A stretch of 64,000 nucleotides of DNA from contig NC_043002.1 in the NCBI RefSeq assembly GCF_006345805.1, positions 71,672,001 to 71,736,000 of the forward strand. The letters are read 5' to 3'. The stretch is from Octopus sinensis. Lineage: Eukaryota. This document shows, one piece after another, positions 53,161 through 64,000 of the stretch. The stretch's first letter is position 1. Each line of letters starts with the position of its first letter. Made by a program: the position numbers and the translations under genes. The notes beneath the pieces are model-generated. The model was not told the DNA's origin and ran no database searches. It saw only the letters and a list, made by a program, of their open reading frames with translations.

Positions 53161-54455
53161 TATATGTGCCACAGGCGAATTGTTCAAAGGGAATGAGGTA
53201 GCAACGATTAAACTTTATAAAAAGACACACGAAGGAATGTAACAAAAAAAAAAAAGCAGGGTTTGCACATAGAGTATCAAGGAGCTGGACAATAGAAGGA
53301 ACACGAAGAATATTCAGGTTTTTCCACTGAACACAAGCGATGAACGAATGTCGATATAAACATTGTTAAGAAATCGAAAAACTAATGACGTTGTTTTGAC
53401 ACATACGCCGTCGGAAATCTAGTAAAACAATGATTGACATGTTGTAAGCTTTGAATCAATGATGCAACAGTTCACAAATTGTAATATGTAACAAATAACT
53501 AAACAAATAAGAAAGCAATAAATCATTGATCTATTGGAACTAAAATTAGTACAACGAACAATGTGATGTCCTATAAAAGTAAGAAAAAAAGAACTTCGTA
53601 TTGATTCTTCAGGGAATATAACTTCAGATGGATTCTGTCGTCGAGAATAGCTTTATAATGTGAAAACTTTCTGAATAGCTTTTGTGTTCTTTAAAAGTGC
53701 TATAAGTATTTCTATAGTTATTGTTCTGGTGATCTTTCTGGTCTTAAAACCCCTCCAAGACCTTAAAGAGTGCTAGCTAGTTCTCTCCCCACGTGCATTG
53801 TTTCCTTCTTGAGCTTCCTGTTAATTATTAGCTATTCGAATAGCTCATTTCTCGAAGTACTAATTTCTGGAACTTACTATCACCGTCTTTCTTTTCCCTT
53901 GATCTATGGCATTCAGTCATTTAAGCTCTCTGTCAATCAATATCTTCTGAATTTATAAGAAATTTATTTTCCTTCTTTCTAGTCCTTTACGCTCCAGTGG
54001 CCTCAAGTATCCTATGGTATAAATTCATATAAATAATTTTCTGAATCGGCCTCCGTAAGGAATACAAACGGGTTTCAATATTCGACTTGCTGAATGCTTA
54101 AGTATGACCGTACACAGTCTACGTCCAGAGTAGTTAAAATGAGACTGTATAACAGTCATGTATTGTTTATGATTGAATCAAATGGGCTTCAAATTTAAAT
54201 CAAAGTGTTTTCAAGTGCCCGGTTACTTCATTTTTCATATTCCTTATGAGAAAACAGTTACATCGACAGGGAAAAACAGTCATTTGGTATTTAATTTCAT
54301 TGGTTTATGATTTGATTTCAGTTATCGAAATGTTTTTGTTTTGAATCATTCTGGACTTGCTAAAGTAATTAACAGTCGAGTGATTAGGCTCAATTGAATC
54401 AGCAGTACATCTTCACAACAATAAGTGATCGAGTGCAAATATTAGGAATCGTAAA

Positions 54456-54526
<71 letters not shown>

Positions 54527-56569
54527 AAGAGAGGGAAAGGATAATTTCTTATCTTTGTTGTCGATGTCTAACTAAACAGATGTATAGTCAGAATTATTCC
54601 CGCTGAAATCATCTCGTCTTTTCGAATTATCTAGAACGTTAAATAAAGTGTCATTCTCTTTTGATAATAAGTTAGTGTATAACTTGAGGAGCGTTTCGCT
54701 TTATTTCCAGTAAAGTCGAACTTGAGAGGAACAAGTGAACGCGCATCCACTCGGATATTATCAGATATTTTGTAAAAGCGATAATAAAAACTGAGAGTGT
54801 GTATGCCTACACTCGGTCTACCGAGTGCAAACTTATATTCTACCAAAGAGGTATTCTGGTTTTCATAACCAAGCACTTTGCAGTTGCGTCCTTATAATCA
54901 ATGCAGTGGTACGTATAAAATAACTTCTAAAACTTTTATAAGATCATCTAACAATCAGTAGAGACTGGGTTATATGCACTTCAGCTTTGCGCCATGCTAG
55001 TAAAATTCTCTCACTATGAATCTTAAAACCTATATGTTCTCACCATTACCTTGAAGGAGAAAGATGGATAGTGATGTGCAGAATTTTCCATTAACTGGCA
55101 AGTCTTCAGGGGACAAATCCAGTAAAAAATTATTCGTGTCTTTGCTATGCTTTTTGAACAAATCTTTAATTTTGATAATTACCTTAATTTACAATAAAAC
55201 TTTTATTTTGACAAACAGTATAACTCAACGAACAAAATAGCAGCTTAGTGAAAACTAAATAAAATTAACGGGTATATACTTCTCTGGAAAAGGTATCTAA
55301 TTAGATTTTTCAGCTCATAATTTCAAGCTAAATATGATTATATTTTTTTTCACGTGGGTTGATTTGATTAACAGAAGCAATCATATTGAATATTAGGAAG
55401 GCAAAACCAATTGCTAATTTTAAAACATGGAATATATAATATGCAATTTGATTTCATTAAGTTAATCAGAATAATATTTTTGCTTCCTGCTTAATATGTT
55501 TTAGACAGAAAACAAGCAAATTTCAAATGGATTAAGGCAAAATAGAGCGAAACATGCAAATGTAACATTATAGCGTAAATTCCCAGACTTTGTGAATGTA
55601 ATCCATTAGGAAAGCAATTAGGATATCTTCTACAGTAAACACTCATCATATTCTAGAACGCTATAATGAGTGTAATATTTGATAAATAGATTCCATGCTT
55701 CTTGTAATTCTTATCTTCTTCCACGACGTTACTCGATGTCTATGACAGACGTTTAGTTATCACTTCTAAAATATCAGATTGCTTTGGTATAAGCAGAATG
55801 AGACGATTCGGCGCAACTGTTTAGATTATTTGACTTGGCTGACAAGATATTTAACCTCTTTTGGTGACAATTGTTTTTCTGTTGCTGGAAGCAAATATAC
55901 ACACACACAAATACACAAAAATATGCACATGCAGATAGAAAAGGAGAGAGAGGAGAGAGTGTGGAAGAGATAACCCAGTTTATTTATTGAACGCGACTAA
56001 CATAAACAAGTCCATCTCCTCATGTAGATGAAGAGAAATATGGATATCCACATAAACAAGGAGAGAAGGAGAGGGAGAAAAAAACGAGAGAACCATTAAA
56101 CGCCTGATGTCAAATTTGCCAGAGTCCAACAAGCGACGCCAAATAATTGGCTCCGAAATGACAGTGTCAAAACGTATGATGGACCTGCTATGCTAATGGA
56201 TGTAAGCTACATGAATTGCTGTGTAACTGGCGGCTCTTGGGTGGTTTGACATTGCTGAGCCCATATACTCGTTTAACGTGTTCGATAAAGCAGCATATCC
56301 CGCAGATTGGATAATTATTTTATATTCTCCTGTGACGTCTGAACTTGTGAACCACAGTTTCACGCCAATATCAAGGAATTTTAATAGAATGCTCTATTTT
56401 CCAAATATACTTTTTGCTTCAGTAACTACGTCAGAGGTCGATTGAAAATGATTACCTCCAAATTTATGGCTACAAACTAAATGCGTGAATCCGTCGAATG
56501 AAATATACTGCAAGTGATAAATACATACACAGATGGCAACTCCTAAAGACGCACGAATGTGTATGCCTC

Positions 56570-56616
<47 letters not shown>

Positions 56617-56633
56617 ATATATATATATATATA

Positions 56634-57175
56634 TAATTTACAAGATAAGGGCAAAAGAAAAATTCTAATGCCAAATATGCCGAAAAAACGACAAAAGTTG
56701 TCAATAACCATTATAATTTATGCGTCTCGGAACAAACCGATAGAAATTTCTAAAAAATTCGTTATCACCGTATTGGTCCAATTTCGGGGTTAATTCATAA
56801 GAATTTTCCCCTCTTCAGAGGAAAATACGTGAGATATAAGTGAAATACTTACTCATACCCATGGAAAAAGCAAGCACTAAGTTCCGAGCAGACCTAAGTA
56901 CCCCAAATATATCCAAAATAGAAAATCTTCGGCACATCTCGAGACACGTGTGATTCGAACTAGAAACTTTCACAGAGTGAGAGAATCCGGAAGTGAACAC
57001 TATTCAATTTATAACTAATGTAGGATAAAAAATTTTTCGGGAAAAAATTTTATCCTACATTAGTTATATATATTATATATATATATATATTATATGGTTA
57101 TGGACAATATGTCCAATTTCGGCATATTTGGCATTAGAAATTTTTTTCGTTTGCCCTTATTTGTAAGTTGTTGAT
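56634..57175. mobile_element. About 540-bp segment bounded by about 85-bp inverted repeats within (TA)n tracts (PLE-pLTR-like fold-back)
   Basis: 'ttacaa.ataagggcaaa.gaaaaa.ttctaatgccaaatatgccgaaa....tgtc.ataacca' at 56634-56716 recurs inverted at 57090-57175. Confidence 0.7.
56768..56821 (-). ncRNA. Hammerhead-like motif with a CUGAAGA core and palindromic stem III
   Basis: CCU-CUGAAGA-GGGG-(18 nt)-CCCC-GAAA-UUGGACCAAU-A-CGG. The first pair of stem I is mismatched. Confidence 0.55.
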
Positions 57176-57181
57176 ATATAT

Positions 57182-57246
<65 letters not shown>

Positions 57247-57339
57247 TTGATAGAAATGGTAGGACAACAAATGAATGAAAGAGATCTCGATATTATGTAA
57301 ATAGAGGATTTTATCTGTAAATATATGTCAATTATTCGG

Positions 57340-57850
57340 TAGCCATGATAAAACTCCGAGATGTCAGGCCAGAAATCCACGATGGCACCTCTTCAGTTAT
57401 CGGGTCATCGAAAAAAATGCTATGAAAATTACCGTTAAACAAAGGGAAATTCCTGTGTGATTGACCGTTATTAAGACAAAAGAGCTATTAGAATGACTGC
57501 TAAGTAAGGGGAGGGATAAAGGTAAGGGTGTAAAAATGTTCATAGTAATCGCGTAAGCGCACATGCCTATACATATACATGCACGCCCGCACACCCACTT
57601 ACATGCGTTGGTCAATTTTCGCGGGTAGAACGTCGTAACGATAAAATCATCTTCAGCTAGATCCCGGTAATATTCTGTAGCCATAATAATAATTGCACCC
57701 GCTTCATCCGCTTGTTTGATGACAATTGTGTTATCATTTTTAAGACGTATAAGAGCAAACTTTTCTAGTTTTGAAATGTTTCGTTTGATGTTGATATTAT
57801 GCCTCAGTGGAAAACTGGAGAGGATGCCAATGAACTGATTTAAATGTGTA
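57340..57850 (-). mobile_element. Penelope-like RT N-terminal fragment (inverted), with a non-PLE insert in the middle
   Basis: HLNQFI..RNISKLEKFALIRLKNDNTIVIKQADEAGAIIIMATEYY matches the PLE motif NLS..E..AL..LK....IVIK.ADKG..VVIM...Y. Confidence 0.75.
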
Positions 57851-58300
57851 AAGAAACCATTAACAAAGGCAAAATTCAACATGAACAAACGGAAAAACAT
57901 TCATAATACCCAAGTGTAATCATAACAATACGTACAAACTGGTTGATCCATTAGAACAAAAAATGGACGGATTTTTGCAAATGCAGATGTGAACTACAAA
58001 AGCAGAAATTTGATCTACAGCATTAAATACCCGAATTGTGAGGAACTATATATAAGCGAGACAGGGAATGCATTACCGGAACGCTCACGAGTCCATAGAG
58101 AACGAATCCGGAAAACAAATGTTCGACAAATTCCATTGAGCGAACATATAGAGACATGTGGACAGAAAATGTTTCTAATATTTCCTTTCCACAAACTACA
58201 TAACATAAGTGAGATTGGAAGAAAGATAAAAGGAAAACGGTTTATTAAAATGTTCAAACCTGTTCTGAACAGAAATAACAATAATATAACAACCAGTTAA
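57851..58300 (+). mobile_element. Penelope-like GIY-YIG endonuclease C-terminal fragment
   Basis: KPLTKAKF..; ADVNYKSRNLIYSIKYPNCEELYISETGNALPERSRVHRERIR..QIPLSEHIETCG..FLIFPFHKL..RK.K.KRFIKMFKPVLNR. Confidence 0.88.
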
Positions 58301-58512
58301 TGATGTGGATTAAAACATATCTCTATATATATGATTATAAACAAATTACAGAATATAGGTACGACTGGCAAACCGTGATGTTTAAGCCACATGCGGATTG
58401 GTCAAAACCGTATTCTAAAAATATAGTGAGAGTTTACAAAAAACAAAAGACGAAGACGAGTGTGTAAACAACAAACAGATGTATTAGTTTAATGCTCGGG
58501 AAGTGTGAAAGT

Positions 58513-58548
58513 CTTTTACGTTTCGAGCCTACGCTCTTCGACAGAAAG
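58513..58548 (-). ncRNA. Minimal hammerhead-like motif with a variant CUGUCGA-A core and all stems intact
   Basis: CUUU-CUGUCGA-A-GAGC-GUAG-GCUC-GAAA-CGUA-AAAG: stem I CUUU/AAAG, stem II GAGC/GCUC, palindromic ACGU stem III. Confidence 0.6.
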
Positions 58549-58603
58549 GAACACAGAAATAAAAAGGGAGAGAAAATAGAAGAGGGTTTAGTGGATAGCG
58601 ATC

Positions 58604-59890
58604 TAGTGGTTGGACAAAATAATGGAAACACCTAGCATCATAGCATCATAATTTTGATATATCTATAAAACTGTCATAAGCTTGTTTTTTGTGCTTTTTT
58701 AAAATTTATTACTAGTGTCACTTAATATGTTTTGCTAAAATTGCTGTTTCTTTTCAGATATCATCAGAAAAAGATAATTAAAATTCATGAAAATGACAGA
58801 TCTATCGGACTTTCAAAGAAGTCAAATTGTTGGTACTCGTATGGCAGGCGCAAGCGTAACGAAAACGCTGAAATGTTTGATGTTTGGTGTATCAAGAAGT
58901 ACAGTCTCGAAAGTAATGACATCCTTTGAGAAAGAGGGAAAACCTCCTCGTCGAAACAAAACTCCGGAAGAAAACCAAAACTTTCAAATACGGACAGTCA
59001 GATTCTTAAGCGAATTGTTAGAAAGGATAACAAAAGGACAGCTCCCAAAATTACTGCAGAGTTTAATGGCCACCTCGAGAATCCAGTTTTCACAAAACCT
59101 GTTCACCGAGAGCTGCATAAAGCGGGATTCCACGGGAGGACTGCAATAACAAAAATACTACTTTCAAAGACAATCGATGCAAAGCGTTTAGAGTGGAGTA
59201 AAAACCTACAGAATTAGTCCCTAGGGCAGTGGAAGAATGGTATTTCCTCAGACAAGTCTTCCTTTACCTTATTTCCGACCACCGGCTGCGTATAGGTGTG
59301 AAGTATAGGTGTTAAACAAGCATTTAACCCAGACCGCCTTCTTCCAACTGTTAAACATCGAGGAAGATCAGTAATGACCTGGTGGGGTGGGGGCTATATC
59401 TTGGAAATCCGCCGACGAAATGGTTTCCTTTCATAGCAGAATTAATAGTCAAGGCTATTTAAGTATTTTATCTGATCAAATTCATCCTATGTTTGTGAAC
59501 TGTTTCCGGAGTGAAACGCAATCTTTCAGGATGATAATGCACCAATTCACACAGCTAAATTTATTACTGAATGGTACAAGGAACATTCTAGAGAAGCTGA
59601 ACATCTTATCTGGCCACCAAAGTCCCCAGAACTCAGTATCACTGAACATTTATGGTGCATTTCAGAAAATCAAGTAAGGAGTCGATATCCTCCACCATCA
59701 TCACTACTTGAACTGGAGACTGTTTTAGCTGAAGAATGGACGAAAATTCCTTTGGAAACAATTCAAACTTTGTACGAGTCCCTACCTCGTAAAATTCAAG
59801 TTGCAATTACTGCCAAAAGTGATCCTACCCCGTATTAAAGTAAATTTGGTTGAAATTTTAAGGCATTTCCATTATTTTGTCCAACCCCTG
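58604..59890 (+). mobile_element. Full-length decayed Tc1 (DD34E-type) transposon, 1287 bp
   Basis: TIRs (t/c)ag(t/g)ggttggacaaaataatggaaa at both ends. Transposase remnant 58793-59838: MTDLSDFQRSQIVG..GASVTK..GVSRSTVSKVM; GRKPKLS; SDKSSF; TVKH; IFQDDNAPIHTA; WPPKSPELSITEHLW; PTPY*. Confidence 0.95.
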
Positions 59891-59894
59891 TTCA

Positions 59895-59925
59895 TACATA
59901 CACACATACATACATACACACACAT

Positions 59926-59996
<71 letters not shown>
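59895..59996. repeat. (CATA)n/(GATA)n microsatellite
   Basis: Directly visible. Confidence 0.95.
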
Positions 59997-59997
<1 letters not shown>

Positions 59998-61659
59998 ACG
60001 TTTCTTATTCCCGTCATTATTTGTTTTTTATTTGTATTTTTGTTTCGTTTTTTTTTTTAAATTCAAAAATAAAATACATCATTGGAAATACTGGTTATTA
60101 TAATTGCTGCTATAAAAATAACTAAATAAGGAACCGTAACTAATGGAATTTAGCCGCCATTTGATTCAGCTTTATAGTAGAAACTTTTTTTCGCTTCTTG
60201 GAACCCTAGCAATTAACTTATTACCAGAATGCAACAGCTTTCCACCGCGGAGCTAAATCGTGAAAGAACACTACCACCGCAATTTTAAGTGTATTTGAAA
60301 GCTTTCTACTCTTAGTTTTCTTTGTGGGGGAGCGGGGAGAGTCTTTATTTGTGGCTGTTTTACGCATTTAAAAAAAATTTTCTATTTCAACAAATCTTAG
60401 ATTTGGAAACAGATAGAAGCCATTCATTTTCTAGCTAAAAAAAATAATAACCAGTGAATTTCAAGAGGAGAATGAATGAAATAACTGAAAAAAGAAAATG
60501 AGCGTTCAATACAAAAGGGTGAAATATATAAAAATGTATTATTTCGTTGTGAAAAGTCGACAGTAAAATGGGGTAGTACAATGATGGGCGAAAATATTAA
60601 ACCAGTATTGTAAAGTAGCAATAGAAAATAAACACAAAAGCACAGTAATTAGTCGAATACGAAAATGGAACAGAAGAAAGAAAAGAACAGCCCTGAAAAT
60701 CATAATTGAAATGAACTGAATAACCATAGAATTTACCAAATTACAATAACAAAAATTATGATAAATCGAATGAAAACAAGATTGATACAATTGCATGAAA
60801 TAAAAGAAAAAAAATATAAACGTAATATAACTGACAGAAAATAAATGCCATTAATAAATAAACAACCAAAAGAAATATAAGAAAAGAAAACATAACTGAA
60901 GAACTTAATAACAGAGAGAGATTGTATCTGTGAGGAGAAGAGGGAGGTATAAATGGATGAAGGACTTCTTTCTTTTTTTTTTCAGTGAGAAAGACAGATT
61001 TTAGTTGAATAGAGTGAAGGAGCTTCAGAAAACTGACAAAATTGTACGTCTCAAACGGGAACGTTGCTAGTCAAATGTAAAATTGAAATAAGTAGCACTA
61101 CAAACTGAAGTAAAAATGAAGACTATGTTTGTTAGTCGATGATGTGTACGTAAATTTGTATCTGTGTGTGTGTCTGTGTTTCGTTGTATCAAACTATGTG
61201 TGCATGAATTCGAATCTTGGTTCTACTTAAAGAACTGATAAAAATGCGTTTCTGCGTAAATCGAATAAAAAAATAAGTAAGTTCACGGTATTTGTTTGTA
61301 CGTATATGTTTGTGTGTGTGTGTGCGAGATTGTATATGATTTTGTGTATGTGTGAGTGTGTATGAATGTGTGTGTTGTGTGTGCATATATGTCTGCATGT
61401 AAGTGTGAATGTGCTTGTGTGACAATGTGTAACGTTAGAGTGTATATTTCTGAGAACCACAGGAAATATTTGGATGTCTGTGTATTCAACGGAAATATAA
61501 TAGATGTTTTACGGTTCATAGAGTGAGAAATGCAAGATGTATAATTGCGTACATTTTAGAAATTGCAGCTTACAAGTGTACGAATGAAATGTAAGCTATG
61601 TGGTGTTGGTGGTCTGACTACTGGTTCTCCGTCGTTCTACGACCAGGACTAATTTGATT

Positions 61660-62002
61660 ATTTTCTTTATTGCCCACAAAGGGCCAACATAGAGGGGGAC
61701 AATACAACATGATATGGGGGTCATGTACATCGAATGGATTATAAAATATTTTATAAAAATGAAAACGGATGAAACACAAATTACAAAACAAACAATATGA
61801 TGGTTAAAAAACAAGTGTGCTCTGACCCCACGAGCCTTGTCTTTTTAACCGACACCTTTTGGAAGCCCTTAGAGCGCGTTCACGCAGGTCCTTTCATCCG
61901 TGCAACACGCATCCATCTTTCTTTCTACGTACACTCTGGCAGACACCTCTCCAGCCCCGCCTTCCTTTTCATATGGAAAGGTAAAAGCATTCACCTAGGC
62001 GA
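61660..62002 (-). mobile_element. 5'-truncated L1/Tx1-type LINE 3' end (343 bp) with a 19-bp TSD
   Basis: TSD gaccaggactaatttgatt at 61641-61659 and 62003-62021. Minus frame FHMKRKAGLERCL..ERWMRVARM resembles Tx1 ORF2 C-termini. 3' end '..gtccccctctatgttggccctttgtgggcaataaagaaaat'. Confidence 0.8.
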
Positions 62003-62097
62003 GACCAGGACTAATTTGATTGATCAACTGAATTACCTGCTCCTAAAATAATGTGCAAGTGGCTGGGTGTTCCGCATCCACGCATACCATTACTGTA

Positions 62098-62376
62098 CGA
62101 GGTGGTATCACAAAGTTCCAGGACTAGTTATGTTTAATAAAAAATATCTTATTTACCTAAGTTTTAACATCATCTCTTTCGAAATTGTCACCTTGCGCAG
62201 CACTACACCCGTCCTAGCGTTCCTGCTATTGGAAGTTCATAAGCGAGTCAAGGACCTACAATTCACTCTTGATCTCGACAACGGCATTAAAACGACGACC
62301 TTTGAGCTGCATTTTACATCTTAGGAAAGGGATGGAAGTCCACACGTGCTAAATCCAGTGAATAGGGTGGATGTGG
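62098..62376 (-). mobile_element. Mariner (DD34D-type) 3'-end fragment
   Basis: TA followed by TIR-like 'cgaggtggtatcacaaagttcc'. Minus strand HPPYSLDLARVDFHPFPKM..LKGRRF matches HPPYSPDLAP.DF.LFP. Confidence 0.8.
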
Positions 62377-62379
62377 GTG

Positions 62380-62890
62380 GGGGCTAGTCGATTACTTCAA
62401 CCCGTCCACTTCCATCAGTTGTACTTTATTTTGCCGTTCCTGAAAAGATTAGAAGCAAAGGTCACCTTGCCGAGATTTGAACTTGAAAAGTAAAGACGTA
62501 AGAAACTCAGTTGAATATTTTGTCTGGCGTTGTAACGATTCTGCCAGCTCCCACCTTAACAATAATATTTTCTACTATAGGCACATCGCCTTAAACTTTG
62601 GGTAAGGAAGCTAGACTATTACATCGATCCTGAAAGAATGAAAGGCAAAGTCGACCTCAGCAGGAATTGAACTCAGCTCACCGCCTTCGCTGCTTTAACG
62701 ATAATAATAATCCTTTCTACTATAAGTAAAAAGCCTGAAATTTCGGTGGGGAAGCGGACCAGTCGACTACATCGATACCAGGATAAAGGCAAAGTCGACC
62801 TCGGCGGTATTTGAACTCCGAACGTAGCGACGGAGGAAATGCCACTAAGCATTTTCCCGGCGTGCTAGCGATTCTACCAGCTTTAGCTTT
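62380..62890 (-). mobile_element. Cluster of three partial SINE family A copies
   Basis: Repeated 'aaaggcaaagtcgacctc.gc.g.a.ttgaactc' cores and short-tail sequence. Confidence 0.8.
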
Positions 62891-62911
62891 AATAATAACA
62901 ATAATTATAAA

Positions 62912-63841
62912 TTATTTTATTCGCCACAATGGCTCACATACAAAAACATTAAATGACAAACAACATAAAGGACAAAAACAGGACGATACAAAAGGTTTTC
63001 CACTTGTAAACAATATAAATAACAATACAAAATGAAACAAATTAATACTCCCAATAGGGGAGGCGCGTTAATGACCTCGTGGAACCCCCCCCCAGCCGAA
63101 GAATAGCTCTAGTTACTATTGTTGTTTGGCAGAGGTGCCACCCTGGTTTTTGCTGTGGGCGTTTCCACGAGGTCTATATAGTCTCTTAAAGAATGTTTTT
63201 TTAAATGTGACACCAGCATTTGGAAAATTTATTTTTAATGTCTTAAACATGTCCTGTTTTAGTTTTAAAATTGGTATGTGTTGTGGTGGTGCTGGTGGTG
63301 TGTTGTGTGTTGGGAAGACAAAGTCTTTCATTGTGTTGTCTGTGTTTTCTCTAATCTATGTAACATGTGGTGTATTGTCGGTGTCGATGATTGTGAGGCT
63401 GGTGGTGTTTGTGCAGTCTGTGTCGGCATTTGAGGTGGTAGTGCTGGTGGTAGTGTTGTTATTGTTGGTGGTGGTTGCTGTGTTTGCCTGTTGCTGCTGT
63501 TGCGAAGTTCCTGCTGTTTGCACCTCCCCCTCTTTTCTTCTACTGTCTTTTTTCTAGGGGGGAACTGTTTGCCATTTCCCCTTCTCGACCTCAACACTCG
63601 AACAGTCCGAGTTGTTTGGTCAGGAAATGGGATTTTCTCTGACCCTTCGCTTTGCTGCTGGAGTTCATTTGTTCCTGCTGCTACTTCTACAGTAGTTGTT
63701 GTTGTTGGCACTTCGACTGGTGTTTTTGTTGTTGTTGTTGGTGGTGGTGGTGTTGCTGGTGACCTAGCTACAGCTGAAGGCGGCGTCGTTGTTGCTGGCG
63801 GTGACGGGGTTGGTTTCTACTGCCGTTGTTGCTGCTGCTGC
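62912..63841 (-). other. P/T/Q-rich frameshifted reading frame, 3' UTR and Tx1-like tail (possible ORF1-only/HAL1-like retroelement 3' part)
   Basis: Frames 63328-63810 (PTPSPPATTTPP..MPTTTTTVEV..TQTTQ*) and 63116-63331 (MKDFVFP..LYRPRGNAHSKNQGGTSAKQQ*), then a UTR ending 'gagccattgtggcgaataaaat' + (AAT/TAT)n. Confidence 0.4.
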
Positions 63842-64000
63842 ACCAGATTCCGAGCAATTTAACGAGACCCTCTGTCCAGTGCCCCACGACGCTGTTGGAT
63901 GGCATGGACTTGCCTCTCCAGATGCCTAGTTGCAAGCCCACTGACATCTCTCCGTTAATTTTTGCTCCTGTCACAACTTCATATTCTTGTAGTGTTTCGC
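63842..64000 (-). mobile_element. L1/Tx1-clade ORF2 (late RT) fragment, continuing beyond the right window edge
   Basis: ETLQEYEVVTGAKINGEMSVGLQLGIWRGKSMPSNSVVGHWTEGLVKLLGIW matches Y...TGAKIN..KS.GL.LG.W..VK.LG.W. Confidence 0.8.

Overview
AT-rich, microsatellite-dense animal genomic DNA that is apparently intronic or intergenic. The SINE families, repeat density and transposon spectrum suggest an octopus or other coleoid cephalopod (my inference, not checked against a database). I found no host protein-coding gene that I can support, and nearly all ORF-track entries are translated microsatellites or chance frames. Identifiable content: (i) three tRNA-derived SINE families with more than 25 copies, which swap 3' tails; (ii) decayed non-LTR retroelements: a CR1/L2 3' end at the window start, CR1/L2 RT remnants, an R4/Dong-like RT-CCHC-REL element sitting in a (TACA)n tract, L1/Tx1 fragments and several Penelope-like (PLE) remnants; (iii) DNA transposon relics: an internally deleted Academ-like element, a full-length decayed maT-like (DD37D-type) element, a full-length decayed Tc1, mariner pieces and a possible MULE; (iv) several fold-back or palindromic segments lodged in (TA)n tracts. 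The most notable signals are minimal hammerhead-ribozyme-like motifs in PLE pseudo-LTR fragments (two with an atypical CUGUYGA-A core), a 3' tail shared between a Tx1-type LINE and a tRNA-SINE, a TSD-flanked SINE-LINE chimera, and a P/T/Q-rich frameshifted ORF with a Tx1-like tail fused to a Tx1 RT fragment at the right edge. All alignments were done by eye, so boundaries are approximate unless a TSD or TIR is quoted.
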